From: Planctomycetota bacterium
GTDB taxonomy: Bacteria > Planctomycetota > PLA2 > JAEUHO01
Assembly (NCBI GenBank): GCA_050248855.1
Contig: JBFWRP010000001.1
Location: 160,001-224,000, forward strand
Length of the DNA stretch: 64,000 nucleotides
Direction of reading: 5' to 3'
The position numbers and the translations under genes were made by a program. Positions 41,746 to 51,701 of this stretch are shown here, piece by piece (position 1 is the stretch's first letter; every line of letters starts with the position of its first letter). Under the pieces are notes generated by a model. It saw only the letters and a list, made by a program, of their open reading frames with translations. It was not told the origin of the DNA and did no database searches.

Positions 41746-43224
41746 GTGACCGTGCCGCGTCGGCCCCCGCCCGTCCCGTTGCCCGAGGCCCGCTGGCCCG
41801 ACGCGCACGCTGCCGCATCCGCGCGCTTGTTCCAGCCGCTGCCGTTGGGGCCGCGCACGGCGCGCACGAGGACGTGGGTCCCGGCCATGGTGCCGTGGCG
41901 CGCCACCGAGGACGGTTTCGTCACACCGGGCAACCTCGACTGGTACGGCCGGTTCGCCCGCGGCCGCCCCGGTGTGCTGGTGGCGGAGGCCACCGGCATC
42001 CGCGACGTGAAGAGCGGGCCGCTCCTGCGCATCGGCCACGGCCGCTTCGTGCCGGGCCTGAGGAAGCTCGTCGAGCGCGTGAGGGACGAGAGCGAAGGCC
42101 GCACGCTCTTCTTCGTGCAGCTCATCGACTTCCTCACGGTGCGCCGCCGGCCCGAGCCGGCCAGGTGGTTCGCGCGGTGGTACCGGCCCCGGCCCGGCCA
42201 CGCCGCGGCCCTGGCCCGCGTCACGGGGAAGGCCGAGCACGAAGGGCTCGACGAGGCCGCCCTTGGGACCGCGCTGCTCGAGGCCGGACCCGAGGCCTGG
42301 CGGGCCGTGCTCGATGACCGCGCCTTCGAGGAGCTCGAACGCGGCTACCGCGAGCGCGTGACCGACACGCACCTGCCCCACATCCGCGACTTGCCCCAGG
42401 TCCTGCCCGGCCTGTTCGCCGACGCGGCGCGACGGGCCGTGGATGCAGGGTTCGACGGCGTCGAGCTGCACTTTGCCCACGCCTACACCATGGCCTCGTT
42501 CCTGAGTCGCACGAACGACCGCGACGATGGCTACGGCGGCTCGCCCGAAGGTCGACTGCGCTGCCCGCTCGAGGTGCTCGACGCCGTGCGGGCGGCGGTG
42601 GGCAACGCGGCCGTCGTCGGCGCCCGCATCCTGGGGGACGAAGTGATCGCCGGCGGCAGCCGCATCGCCGACGCCTGCCACTACGCCGTCGCGTTGGCCG
42701 AGGGCGGCTTGGACGTGCTCTCGCTGAGCAAGGGCGGGCGCTTCGAAGACGCCAAGGTCCCACGCATCGGCGAAGCGGTCTACCCCTACACGGGCCCCAG
42801 CGGCCACGAGTGCATGCCGACCGTGCGCATCGACGAGCGCGGCCCCTTCGCGCGCAACCTGCCGCTCGCCGCGGCCGTCCGCCACGCCGTCCACGAAGCC
42901 GGCCACGCGATGCCGATCGTGGCCGCCGGCGGCTTCTGCACCTTCGACATGATGGAGGACGCCCTGGCTGCGGGCCACGCCGACGCCATCGCCAGCGCAC
43001 GCCAGTCGCTCGCCGACCCCGACTGGTTCGAGAAGATCCGCATCGGCCGCGGCAACGAGATCCGCCGCTGCGTCTTCACCAACTACTGCGAAGGCCTCGA
43101 CCAGATGCACCGCGAGGTCACGTGCAAGCTCTGGGACAAGGACATCGCCCCCGACGACACCACCACCCCCCGCGCCGCCGACGGCCGCCGCCGCCTCGTC
43201 GCGCCGCCCTGGCCGCAGGCCTGA
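41746..43224 (+). CDS. NADH:flavin oxidoreductase (Old Yellow Enzyme family) with C-terminal Cys motif
   Basis: VPAMVP, AGFDGVELHFAHAY, TNDRDDGYGGS, ARQSLADPDW, CVFTNYC...C. Confidence 0.88.
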   Translation: MTVPRRPPPVPLPEARWPDAHAAASARLFQPLPLGPRTARTRTWVPAMVPWRATEDGFVTPGNLDWYGRFARGRPGVLVAEATGIRDVKSGPLLRIGHGRFVPGLRKLVERVRDESEGRTLFFVQLIDFLTVRRRPEPARWFARWYRPRPGHAAALARVTGKAEHEGLDEAALGTALLEAGPEAWRAVLDDRAFEELERGYRERVTDTHLPHIRDLPQVLPGLFADAARRAVDAGFDGVELHFAHAYTMASFLSRTNDRDDGYGGSPEGRLRCPLEVLDAVRAAVGNAAVVGARILGDEVIAGGSRIADACHYAVALAEGGLDVLSLSKGGRFEDAKVPRIGEAVYPYTGPSGHECMPTVRIDERGPFARNLPLAAAVRHAVHEAGHAMPIVAAGGFCTFDMMEDALAAGHADAIASARQSLADPDWFEKIRIGRGNEIRRCVFTNYCEGLDQMHREVTCKLWDKDIAPDDTTTPRAADGRRRLVAPPWPQA

Positions 43225-43328
43225 GGAGGGCACTCCGCATGCCCCGGGCCCGGATTCGCTAGACTCGTTGGCCGCGTGCCCTGCGCGCGGTGGTGCGTTC
43301 CAGCCCGTCTGACCAGGGGGGTGCAAGC

Positions 43329-44639
43329 GTGGGATGTCGTCGGCTCTTGGTGCCAGCCCGACCGCTGGCCCTGCTCATGGTGTTCATCCTGCCCTTGGGT
43401 TGCGGGTCTGGCCGAGGCACCGCCGTGGCCCTGGTCGACGTCCAGGGCAAGCTGCGGGATCCGTTCGGGCGGCCGACCGGTGTCGGAACGCTCGTCACGA
43501 TCCTGGGCCACGCCACGACCCAGGCCGATGACAACGGGGAGTTCTTCGTGCCGGACGTGGCCGTGCCCTACACGATCGTGCTGCACGGCGAGGACGTCAC
43601 CCCCAGCGAGTCGGGGGCCATCATCCTTCGGGGACTCACGCGTCCGGACCCGACGTATCGCCGCGAGTGGGGAAGCGTCCTCGGACCGCATGAATCTGCC
43701 ATCGCTGGATCGGCGCCGCCGAACACCGAGGTGGCGGGCGACCTGCTGGTCATGGGCAGCGCGGCTCGCCCGCACGATGCGCGCGTGGAGAGCGTGAGCA
43801 CCACGACGGGGAACTTCGTCTGGAGCGTGCGCTGGGATGGCCCCGCTGCGACGACGGTCAACGTGCGCGCCCTGCGCTTCACACGCGATGGGGACGGTCG
43901 CCCCACGAGCTTCCTGGGCTACGGGGTGAGCTCCACGTCGCTGACCAGCGGGGTGAGCCTGTTGGGGTTCCCCATTTCGCTCACGCCCGTTGCCGCCCGC
44001 ACCATCGCGGGGACGATCAACGCCCCGGCGGGCACGGATCTCTTTCGAGCCGCGCACCGACTGCGGTGGTCGCCTTGGGACGTCCATGTGCTCGACGACT
44101 ACTTCCCGGACACGTCCTCCTTCGCGTTCTCCGTGCCCCACCTGCCCAGCCTCCAGCACGACCTGGAGCTCCACGCCTACGATGAGGTGCTCGGCGCGTT
44201 CACGCGGGTCCATCGCAATGACGTACCGGCAGGCGCGACGAACGTGCAGGTCGACATCCCACCCCCTTCGGACCTGCTGCAGCCTCCGGAGGACGGCGTC
44301 TTCGGACCGCAGACGATCCTCGAGGCCGACGTGCATCAGGACCGCGTGTACCAATTCGACATCGTCCCCGGAATCCTGGAATGGGATCCGGCAACGGATC
44401 CGTGGCCCGAGGGCGGGCGCTTCACCATCTACACCACCTCGCCAACCGCTTCGATCCCGGATCTCGGGTTCCTGGGCGTGACACTGCCCCCCGACACGCC
44501 CTACATGGCCACGCTGACTTCGTTCGGGCCGTTTGCGACGATCGATGAGGCCTTCGGTCCGGATGGACTCTACAACGAGCAGCGCGACGGCCAGTTCCTC
44601 ACGAACCAACGCGTGAGGCAGGTCAGGACCGCACCGTAG
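43329..44639 (+). CDS. Hypothetical beta-rich lipoprotein
   Basis: LLMVFILPLGC lipobox; carboxypeptidase-regulatory-like start (TTQADDNGEFFVPDVAVPYTI); start uncertain. Confidence 0.65.
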   Translation: MGCRRLLVPARPLALLMVFILPLGCGSGRGTAVALVDVQGKLRDPFGRPTGVGTLVTILGHATTQADDNGEFFVPDVAVPYTIVLHGEDVTPSESGAIILRGLTRPDPTYRREWGSVLGPHESAIAGSAPPNTEVAGDLLVMGSAARPHDARVESVSTTTGNFVWSVRWDGPAATTVNVRALRFTRDGDGRPTSFLGYGVSSTSLTSGVSLLGFPISLTPVAARTIAGTINAPAGTDLFRAAHRLRWSPWDVHVLDDYFPDTSSFAFSVPHLPSLQHDLELHAYDEVLGAFTRVHRNDVPAGATNVQVDIPPPSDLLQPPEDGVFGPQTILEADVHQDRVYQFDIVPGILEWDPATDPWPEGGRFTIYTTSPTASIPDLGFLGVTLPPDTPYMATLTSFGPFATIDEAFGPDGLYNEQRDGQFLTNQRVRQVRTAP

Positions 44640-44834
44640 GTTGGCCGATGACGGGGCGCCCTCGGAGGCGGGGCCCGACAGGCTTGCGTGGACCATCGCG
44701 GCGGGCGTCCGCGACCTTGCCCTCCTTCTCTCGGCCCTCGCCATGCCGACGGTCAGCGGGCCCGATCGAGTCAGGCAGCCTGGGCTCGAACCCCTCCACA
44801 GGGGCAGGGCGTCGCGCGCGCCAGCGCGCGGCAC

Positions 44835-46514
44835 CTACCTCGGGTTCGACTCGACCTCGATCGGCAGGATCCAGAGCGGCGCCGCGCTCAAAGGGAGCGT
44901 GAGCGTCTGCTGGCGCGAGCGCACGTCGTTGCCCCAGGGGGCCTCGTCGGCGAGGGCGGTCGTCTCGATGCGGTAGCGACCGTCGGGAAGGGTCACGGCC
45001 ACGCCGGGCGCAGTGCCCGGCGCGCCGTCACCGGCCCAGTCCGCGTCGGCGTCGGCGAGAAGCACGCCGCACCACGCCCGCTCGGGCGCCGAGGGGTAGG
45101 TCAGCAGCACGAGATGCGCCGCGCCCGCAGCCGGTTGCTCGCGCACGCTGCGATGGCCCTCGAGATGGCGCACGAGCTGGCGCAACGCGTACCACATGGG
45201 GGTGCGCGCCCCGCCGTCGCCCTCGGGCTCCACCACGCCGCGTCGCGGGCAGCCGGTGGCATGCGCGGCGGCTTGCGCGTCGCTTGCGTCCAAGGCCGAC
45301 GCCACGTAGACGGCGTCCGCGCCGGCAGCGCGCGAGCGGAGCACGGTGCGGACGAGGTCGTACGCCTGACCGCGCCGCAACCACGCGAGCGCCGCGGCAT
45401 GATCCCCATGGCGCGGGTCGCGCGCCGCGCGCACCAGCAACCGCCGGCGATTGCGCTCGACCGGGTCGGGACTGGTCCCCACGGGAACGCGCGGCTCGCC
45501 GAGCTTCTCCTCGGGCCCCCCCACCAGCCAGACGGCCGCGTTGGTCGCGCCCCCCTCGTCCAGGCGGCGGCGCAGGTACCGCACGTTGGCGACATCGTCC
45601 TCCAGGTGCGCGGCACCTCGCTGCGGCAGGACATCGTAGATGCGCGGCAGGTCGAGCAGCTTGGCGAGCAGGTCGTGCGCTCGCTCGGCGACGAGCCGCG
45701 CCTGGCGCGGTGCTACCGGCCACGACGCTTCGGCGCGGCGGCGCCACTCGGCCACGTCCGGGTGCGGCGCGTGCCCCAGCCCCAGCACGTCGATCGTGGC
45801 CGCGACCACGCGGACCGACGAGTGGGCCTCGTGCGCCGCGATCCCCGCGGCGTGCAGGAGCCGCATGTACTGGTCCGCGCTCCCGAGCCACGACGTCGGG
45901 AGGTCCGCCCGATCGAGCACCTGCACATGACGCACGGGGCGTCGAAGCCCCGGCATGTCGTCGACGCCGTCGCCGTCGTAGCGTTCGACGACGGTCCGCA
46001 CGAAGCGCGCCCACGCGCTCCACTGGTCGCTACGCGGGGGCGTTGCGCCGACGGCCTCGCGCAAGGCCATGGCCACCTCGGCGGCGGGTAGCTCCTGGTG
46101 CAGCGTGCGCGCCCATGCGCTCTCTTCGCGCGCGACACCGGCCCACGGGTTCTCCGGGGTCAGCACGAGCACCGGGTCCAAGCCCGCCAGCTGCCACGTG
46201 AGGAACGCGTCGTCGAGCTCCTCGAAGCGGTAGCGGCGCACGCCCTCGCGCGGGGGCTCCGGCTCGAGCCGGGCCCAGGGCACGGGCGCGGTGATCACGC
46301 CGAGGCGTCCGAGGCCCGCGAGCGGCGCGACGCGGGCGGCGCGACGATGCCCGGGGTCCAGGGGATCCAGGCCCACGAGCCCGACCCACGGAGGGCCCTC
46401 CGGCTCGGAGGCCGTCGCCTCGCGACCCGCTCCCCCCAGCGACAGGGGCAGGGCGAGCACGAGGACCCGTACGGCGCCAGCCGCCCACGCCGAGCACGAG
46501 GATCGCCACCCCAT
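44835..46514 (-). CDS. Clan GH-A-like glycoside hydrolase fold protein lacking the NEP acid/base motif
   Basis: VPWARLEP, WARFVRTVVERYDGDGVDDMPGL..PVRHVQVLDRAD; C-terminal beta domain. Confidence 0.6.
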   Translation of the reverse strand: MGWRSSCSAWAAGAVRVLVLALPLSLGGAGREATASEPEGPPWVGLVGLDPLDPGHRRAARVAPLAGLGRLGVITAPVPWARLEPEPPREGVRRYRFEELDDAFLTWQLAGLDPVLVLTPENPWAGVAREESAWARTLHQELPAAEVAMALREAVGATPPRSDQWSAWARFVRTVVERYDGDGVDDMPGLRRPVRHVQVLDRADLPTSWLGSADQYMRLLHAAGIAAHEAHSSVRVVAATIDVLGLGHAPHPDVAEWRRRAEASWPVAPRQARLVAERAHDLLAKLLDLPRIYDVLPQRGAAHLEDDVANVRYLRRRLDEGGATNAAVWLVGGPEEKLGEPRVPVGTSPDPVERNRRRLLVRAARDPRHGDHAAALAWLRRGQAYDLVRTVLRSRAAGADAVYVASALDASDAQAAAHATGCPRRGVVEPEGDGGARTPMWYALRQLVRHLEGHRSVREQPAAGAAHLVLLTYPSAPERAWCGVLLADADADWAGDGAPGTAPGVAVTLPDGRYRIETTALADEAPWGNDVRSRQQTLTLPLSAAPLWILPIEVESNPR

Positions 46515-46626
46515 GCACGGAGGATACGGCGTGGGGCGGCTTGGACCGCGCCTTCCGTGGCCTCACGCGCGCGGCGTCCCCCTCGGGTGCCACCATGCGC
46601 ATCCCCCACGAGGACGACTCCCGGTC

Positions 46627-47661
46627 ATGGCCCGCGACCCCCGCCGCGTCGACGTCCAGGCGATCCGCCACCCACGCGGCTGCCGCTCGTACGTGGTGGT
46701 GGACCCGCGCTCGCACGAGGCAGCGGTCGTCGACCCGCTCCTCGAGCACTTGCGGGAGACGCTCGAGGCCCTCGCCGCGCGCAAGGCCAAGCTGCGCTGG
46801 ATCGTCGAGTCCCACGCCCATGGCGACCACCTGAGCGGGGCCACCGCCTTGGCCAAGCGGACCGGCGCGGCCGTCGTGGCCCACCCCGAGCACCCGTTCA
46901 CGGGCGTCACGGTGCGCGCCGCCGACGGCGAGATCCTCGCGCTCGGCGAGAAGTCGTTGGTGGTGCGCCACGCGCCCGGCATCACCGGCGATGCCCTCGT
47001 CCTGGAGGCGCCGGGCGCGGTGTTCACCGGAGACGTCTTGCTGATTGGCAGCGTGGGCCTACGCGATGCGCCGGGCAGCGATGCCAACGCCTGGTTCGAC
47101 ACGCTGCACAGCCTGTTCGACGGCCGCGACGAGAACACGGTCCTGCACCCCGGCCACGACGACATGGGGCGGATCATGACCACCGTCCGCGCGGAGCGCA
47201 CGGGCAACCGCTGGCTGCGCGAGAACGATCGCGACGCCTTCCTCGACCTGTACGCGGGCGACGACCGGCCGACCTGCCCCGAATCGACGCGCATCCTCGA
47301 GCTCAACCGCGAGGGCACCGAGCGCGTCGACCGGGACCTGGCCGCGGTCGGTGGGTACTTGAGCCCCGTCGAGCGCACCGAGGCCGATCTCCGCGAGCGC
47401 AACCAGCCCCTGGCGCCGGAGCCCGACGAGGCCCGGGTCCCCGCAGCGGGCCCGGGCGGCTACCTCCTGGGCGGCACGCTGGCGGCGGGGGGCACGGTCC
47501 TCGGCTGGTGGGTGCACCCGGGCCTACATGCCCTCTCGTTGGCGGCCGGCGTCCTGCTGCTTGGCCTGGGCCTACGCAGCCTGGAAGCCCGCCACCGCCG
47601 CCGCGCACGCGCCCGCGAGGAGCTCCACTACCTGGGAGCCCCCGGCGGCGACGCAGCGTAG
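46627..47661 (+). CDS. ETHE1/persulfide dioxygenase-like MBL-fold protein with C-terminal DUF2892-like membrane domain
   Basis: GCRSY, ESHAHGDHLSG, FTGDVLLIG, LHPGHD, ERTGN; two C-terminal TMs with LGWWVHPG. Confidence 0.75.
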   Translation: MARDPRRVDVQAIRHPRGCRSYVVVDPRSHEAAVVDPLLEHLRETLEALAARKAKLRWIVESHAHGDHLSGATALAKRTGAAVVAHPEHPFTGVTVRAADGEILALGEKSLVVRHAPGITGDALVLEAPGAVFTGDVLLIGSVGLRDAPGSDANAWFDTLHSLFDGRDENTVLHPGHDDMGRIMTTVRAERTGNRWLRENDRDAFLDLYAGDDRPTCPESTRILELNREGTERVDRDLAAVGGYLSPVERTEADLRERNQPLAPEPDEARVPAAGPGGYLLGGTLAAGGTVLGWWVHPGLHALSLAAGVLLLGLGLRSLEARHRRRARAREELHYLGAPGGDAA

Positions 47662-47688
47662 GCGCGTCCGCCTCGGTAGGCTGCTCGC

Positions 47689-48963
47689 ATGGTGAGCCCC
47701 GAGCCCGACGACGACCTTCCTCCCGACGCCGACGACGTCGGCCCCGATGACGACGCGCTCGCGCGAGAGATCGAAGAGGCCCTGGGCGGCCAGACCGTCG
47801 CCGAGCTCGCCGGGCTTTCCCGCGATGCCGCGGACGCGATGGATCGCGCCCCGCTCCCCCCCACGCAGGACGTGCGCGAAGGCGCCAAGGCGCGCGCCGT
47901 GGTCGCGGGCGTCAGCGGCGACGACGTGTTCCTGGAGTTCGGCTTGCGCCAGCAAGGCGTCGTGCCGCGCGCGCAGTTCGCCGCCGCGCCCGAGGTCGGG
48001 GACACCATCGAGGTGCACGTCGTCGAGCACGACCCCAAGGAGGATCTGTGGATCTGCGCCGCGCGGCCGCAGGTCCGCGGTGCCGGGGAACGCCTCTCCG
48101 TCGGCGACGTCGTCAAGGGCACCGTGCGCCAGGTCAACGCGGGTGGCCTCGAGCTCCAGGTCGGTCTCCAGTCCGCGTTCCTGCCCGTTTCGCACATCGA
48201 GCTCGAGCGCGTCGAGGACATGGAGCCGTACCTGGGCCGTGTGCTCGATGTCGAGGTGATCGAGAGCGACCCCGAGCGCCGCCGCCTCGTCGTCTCCCGC
48301 CGCGGCGTGCTGCAGCGCGAGCGCGACGAGCGTCGCCGCGGCGCCGTGGCCGGCCTTTCCGTTGGCGCTCGCCTGACGGGCCCCGTCACGCGGGTCGAGA
48401 CCTTCGGCGCCTTCGTGGACCTCGGCGGCGTCGAGGGCCTCGTCCATGTCAGCGAGCTGGCGCACAAGCGCGTCGAGCGTGCGGCCGACGTGGTGCAGGT
48501 CGGCGAGATCCTCGAGGTCGAGATCGTCGGCATCGAGGAGGATGGCCGCCGCATCCGCCTCTCGCGCCGCGCGCTGCAGCAGGATCCCTACAGTCGCTTC
48601 CTGGCCGCCCACCCGGTGGGCAGCCAGGTCGAGGGAAAGGTGACGCGCATCGCGACCTATGGCGCCTTCCTGGAGGTCGGGGAAGACGTCGAGGGCCTCG
48701 CCCACATCAGCCAGCTCGCTCCCGGGGGTGTGGGAAGCGTGAAGGAAGTGCTCAAGATCGGGCAAACCGTCACGGTCCGCGTCGCCTCCATCGAGCCCGA
48801 GCGGCGGCGCATCGGCCTGTCCCTGCTGACGGAGCGCGGCGACCGCCTGACCGACGACGTGGCCGACGACGCCACGATCCGCCAGTACGCCAAGGGGGGG
48901 CGCGACGGCGACGCCGAGCCGACCCTCGGTGACCTCTTGCGCCGTGCGCTGGAGGGCAAGTAG
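47689..48963 (+). CDS. S1-domain RNA-binding protein (four-domain RpsA paralogue)
   Basis: AFLPVSHI, FGAFVDLGGVEGLVHVSEL, YGAFLEVGEDVEGLAHISQL, PTLGDLL. Confidence 0.88.
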   Translation: MVSPEPDDDLPPDADDVGPDDDALAREIEEALGGQTVAELAGLSRDAADAMDRAPLPPTQDVREGAKARAVVAGVSGDDVFLEFGLRQQGVVPRAQFAAAPEVGDTIEVHVVEHDPKEDLWICAARPQVRGAGERLSVGDVVKGTVRQVNAGGLELQVGLQSAFLPVSHIELERVEDMEPYLGRVLDVEVIESDPERRRLVVSRRGVLQRERDERRRGAVAGLSVGARLTGPVTRVETFGAFVDLGGVEGLVHVSELAHKRVERAADVVQVGEILEVEIVGIEEDGRRIRLSRRALQQDPYSRFLAAHPVGSQVEGKVTRIATYGAFLEVGEDVEGLAHISQLAPGGVGSVKEVLKIGQTVTVRVASIEPERRRIGLSLLTERGDRLTDDVADDATIRQYAKGGRDGDAEPTLGDLLRRALEGK

Positions 48964-49004
48964 GAAGCGATCCACGCGGCCCGTGGATTGCACGGGGAGG
49001 ACCG

Positions 49005-49601
49005 ATGCCCTCGCACGCATCCGCACGCTGCCGGCTCCTGGGGCTCGCCTTCGCGGCGCTCGCGGCAGCCGGCTGCGGCGGCGGGACCTCGGTCTACACG
49101 GGTCCGATCGGTGACGAGGTGCCGGGGCTGACGGGCCCCGACCGGGTCACGTTCGAGACCTTCGAACAGAGCACGAGCCCGGAGATCCAGCCTCTGGAGC
49201 TGGCCCCCGGCATCGTGGCCACCAGCGAGGCCAACATCTACGTGGCCGGCGAGCCGGCCAGCTGGGGCCTCGGCCCCTGTGTCGCGCGTCCGACGTCCGG
49301 CCGCAACCTCCTCGGCGCCAACGGTGTAGGTGCGGTTTTGCACATCGCCTTCGATCCGCCCGTCGCCCGCGTGGACCTGCAGGTCTCGGCGCTGGAGGAC
49401 TCGCAGGTCACCCTGGAGGCCCTGGACGTCAACGGCCAGGCCTTGGAGACCGCCCAACAGCTGGTCGGCCCCTGCCCCGTGGCTCCCGGGCGGGTCACGC
49501 TGGCGCCGCCGGTCCAGGAGGACGTCATCCACGCCATCCGCCTGATCGGGTCGTTCCTGGCCATCGACGACTTGCGCACCTGGCGCGACGCGACGCCGTA
49601 G
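49005..49601 (+). CDS. Hypothetical lipoprotein
   Basis: LAFAALAAAGC lipobox; SD GGAGGA; beta-sandwich-like (FLAIDDL). Confidence 0.7.
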   Translation: MPSHASARCRLLGLAFAALAAAGCGGGTSVYTGPIGDEVPGLTGPDRVTFETFEQSTSPEIQPLELAPGIVATSEANIYVAGEPASWGLGPCVARPTSGRNLLGANGVGAVLHIAFDPPVARVDLQVSALEDSQVTLEALDVNGQALETAQQLVGPCPVAPGRVTLAPPVQEDVIHAIRLIGSFLAIDDLRTWRDATP

Positions 49602-49617
49602 CGCACACCCCCGGCGA

Positions 49618-50970
49618 CTACGAGGTGCCCGACGGGCGCGCCGTCGCCGCGGCGATCGCGTCGAGCAAGTCGCGGTCGATGACCTCTTCCGCCGCGGCCG
49701 GGGCCCCGTAGCGGGATCTCGTGAACAGGTCGAGGGCGCGCGCCGTGCGCTCCGCGAGCGACGGGGCAAGTCCGGCGGCCTCCAGACGTGCGCGCACGTC
49801 GTCGCCCACGAGCGATGCGGGACGGGCACCCACGCGCTGGGCCACCCACTCCGTGAACCGCTCGCCCACGTCGGGCCTGCGCTGCTCGAGCGCCGCGAGC
49901 AGCGCCTGCCACGCGAGCGGCGGCGTGGGCGTACCCGGCGCGCGGCGTCGCCGGGAACGGACTACCACGAAGCCGACGACCGCGGCGAGCAGCGCCGCGA
50001 GCCCCGTCCCGAGCGCGAGCGCAAGGGTCGGGGTTCCGCGCGGCGGGGAGCTGCCGCGCCGCATGCGATACGCCTCGGGCAACGGAAGTGCGTCGGAGCG
50101 GGCCGTGAGGTACTCGCGCGTCTCGGGGTCGTAGCTCGCAAGCTCGAAGGGGTCCAGCGCGGTGCGGCCCGGCTCGGTGGCCACGAGGTCGTAGGCCACG
50201 ACCCGCTCGCCCGCGTCCATGCGGTCGGTCCTGCCCAGCACGTGGAAGCCCGACACGCCACCGTGGCCGGGGGGCGTGAGCAGCTCGAGATTGCCCGAGC
50301 CGGACACGCGTACGGTGACGCGCACGATGCGCTCCGCAGCTGGTGCCAGGGGCTCGAGCCGTGCCGTGATCCGGAAACGCCCGATGGCGTCCACCCACCC
50401 CGGAGGCCGCCCCTCCCGAGGTGGTTCCCGGACCTCCAGCCGCACCTCCTCGCCGGTCACGTCGTGCTCGACGACTTCCCCGGGCACACGCGTGCCGAGC
50501 AGGCTCTCGCTCCAGTCCTTGCCGGCGCGCAAGACCAGCTGCGGAGCCCGGAGCGTGTAGGCACCCGGCTCGCTGACGCGCCACGCCCTGTGCACGGTGA
50601 TCGTGTCGTAGGTGCGCCCGGCACGCATCGTCCGTTCGCGGACCCCGTGCACGACGTTCCCGTCGAGGACGAAGCGTGCGTGGCCCGTCGTGCTCGCGGG
50701 CACCGGGTGGGCCCCGGCCGGCAGGTCGGCTCCGAACGTGACGCGGACGGGGAGGTCCAAGGGACGCGAGACGTCGGGCACGAGCCAGGACGGCCACGAG
50801 GCGTCGAGGCCGACGCGCAGCACGTGTTCCACGCGCTCGCCGCACACGACCTCCTGGGGGTGCAGCTCCTGCTCCACGAACGCGTGCACGACGCGCTCGT
50901 CCGCGGCCGCCGGCTGCGCGGCGGCACCGAGCAGCAGCAGGGCGCCGACGAGGTGGCATGCGCCCCTCAC
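49618..50970 (-). CDS. BatD-like protein
   Basis: PPREGRPPGWVDAIGRF, SGSGNL, ASYDPETREYLTARS; C-terminal TM; last gene of the MoxR operon. Confidence 0.75.
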   Translation of the reverse strand: MRGACHLVGALLLLGAAAQPAAADERVVHAFVEQELHPQEVVCGERVEHVLRVGLDASWPSWLVPDVSRPLDLPVRVTFGADLPAGAHPVPASTTGHARFVLDGNVVHGVRERTMRAGRTYDTITVHRAWRVSEPGAYTLRAPQLVLRAGKDWSESLLGTRVPGEVVEHDVTGEEVRLEVREPPREGRPPGWVDAIGRFRITARLEPLAPAAERIVRVTVRVSGSGNLELLTPPGHGGVSGFHVLGRTDRMDAGERVVAYDLVATEPGRTALDPFELASYDPETREYLTARSDALPLPEAYRMRRGSSPPRGTPTLALALGTGLAALLAAVVGFVVVRSRRRRAPGTPTPPLAWQALLAALEQRRPDVGERFTEWVAQRVGARPASLVGDDVRARLEAAGLAPSLAERTARALDLFTRSRYGAPAAAEEVIDRDLLDAIAAATARPSGTS

Positions 50971-51701
50971 CAGTCGCGCTCCACCTGGGCACCCTGGCGT
51001 GCGCGCTCCTTGGCCCGCAGCGCGGCCTTCTCGGCCTCCTTGGCGGCCAAGACCTCGGACAACCGTGCGAGGTCTTCCTCGGTCAAGGCCGTCGCCGCAG
51101 CCCCCGGGAGCTCCGCGTCCTCGGCGCGCGGCGCCGCCTCGGGGGGCGCCGCGGGGGTCGGACGTGGCAGGGGCCTGGGGCGCGGGCGTGCGTTGCCCGC
51201 CTTGCGCTCGCGCAGGCGCTCGAGCAGGTGCAGGGCGCGCTCGACGTTGCGCGCCGACGGTCCGTCCCCCTCCTCCCACGCCGCGCGGGACCACGCGGCG
51301 AGCGCTTCCTCGACCGAGGCGACGCGCTGCTCCCGGGCCACGATGTCGTCGGACGGCGCACCGGCAAGCGCTTGGCCGCGCTCCCACGCCAGACGCGCGC
51401 GAAGCGCCGCGGCCGCAGCACCCGCGACGCGCTCGCCGGTCACCTCGGCGCGCGCCTCCGCGCGGGCGGCCAGCTCTCCCGCGAGCCTCGCCTCGCCACG
51501 GCGCCACGCCGTCCACGCGGCGTCGTAGCACAGCGCGGCCGAGGCCTGCTCGCCGCGTCGTGCGAGCGCGTCGTGGAAGCGCACGTGCGCGGTGTCCAGA
51601 TCGCCGCGCGTCCAGGCGGCACGACCCGGTTCGGTCGCATCCTCGCAGCCCGCGAGCAGCGCGATGACGCCAAGGAGCGCGAGCAACAGGACGCGGTTCA
51701 T
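50967..51701 (-). CDS. BatC-like TPR lipoprotein
   Basis: LLAGC lipobox, TPR helices, ARNVERA, C-terminal VERDW. Confidence 0.7.
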   Translation of the reverse strand: MNRVLLLALLGVIALLAGCEDATEPGRAAWTRGDLDTAHVRFHDALARRGEQASAALCYDAAWTAWRRGEARLAGELAARAEARAEVTGERVAGAAAAALRARLAWERGQALAGAPSDDIVAREQRVASVEEALAAWSRAAWEEGDGPSARNVERALHLLERLRERKAGNARPRPRPLPRPTPAAPPEAAPRAEDAELPGAAATALTEEDLARLSEVLAAKEAEKAALRAKERARQGAQVERDW

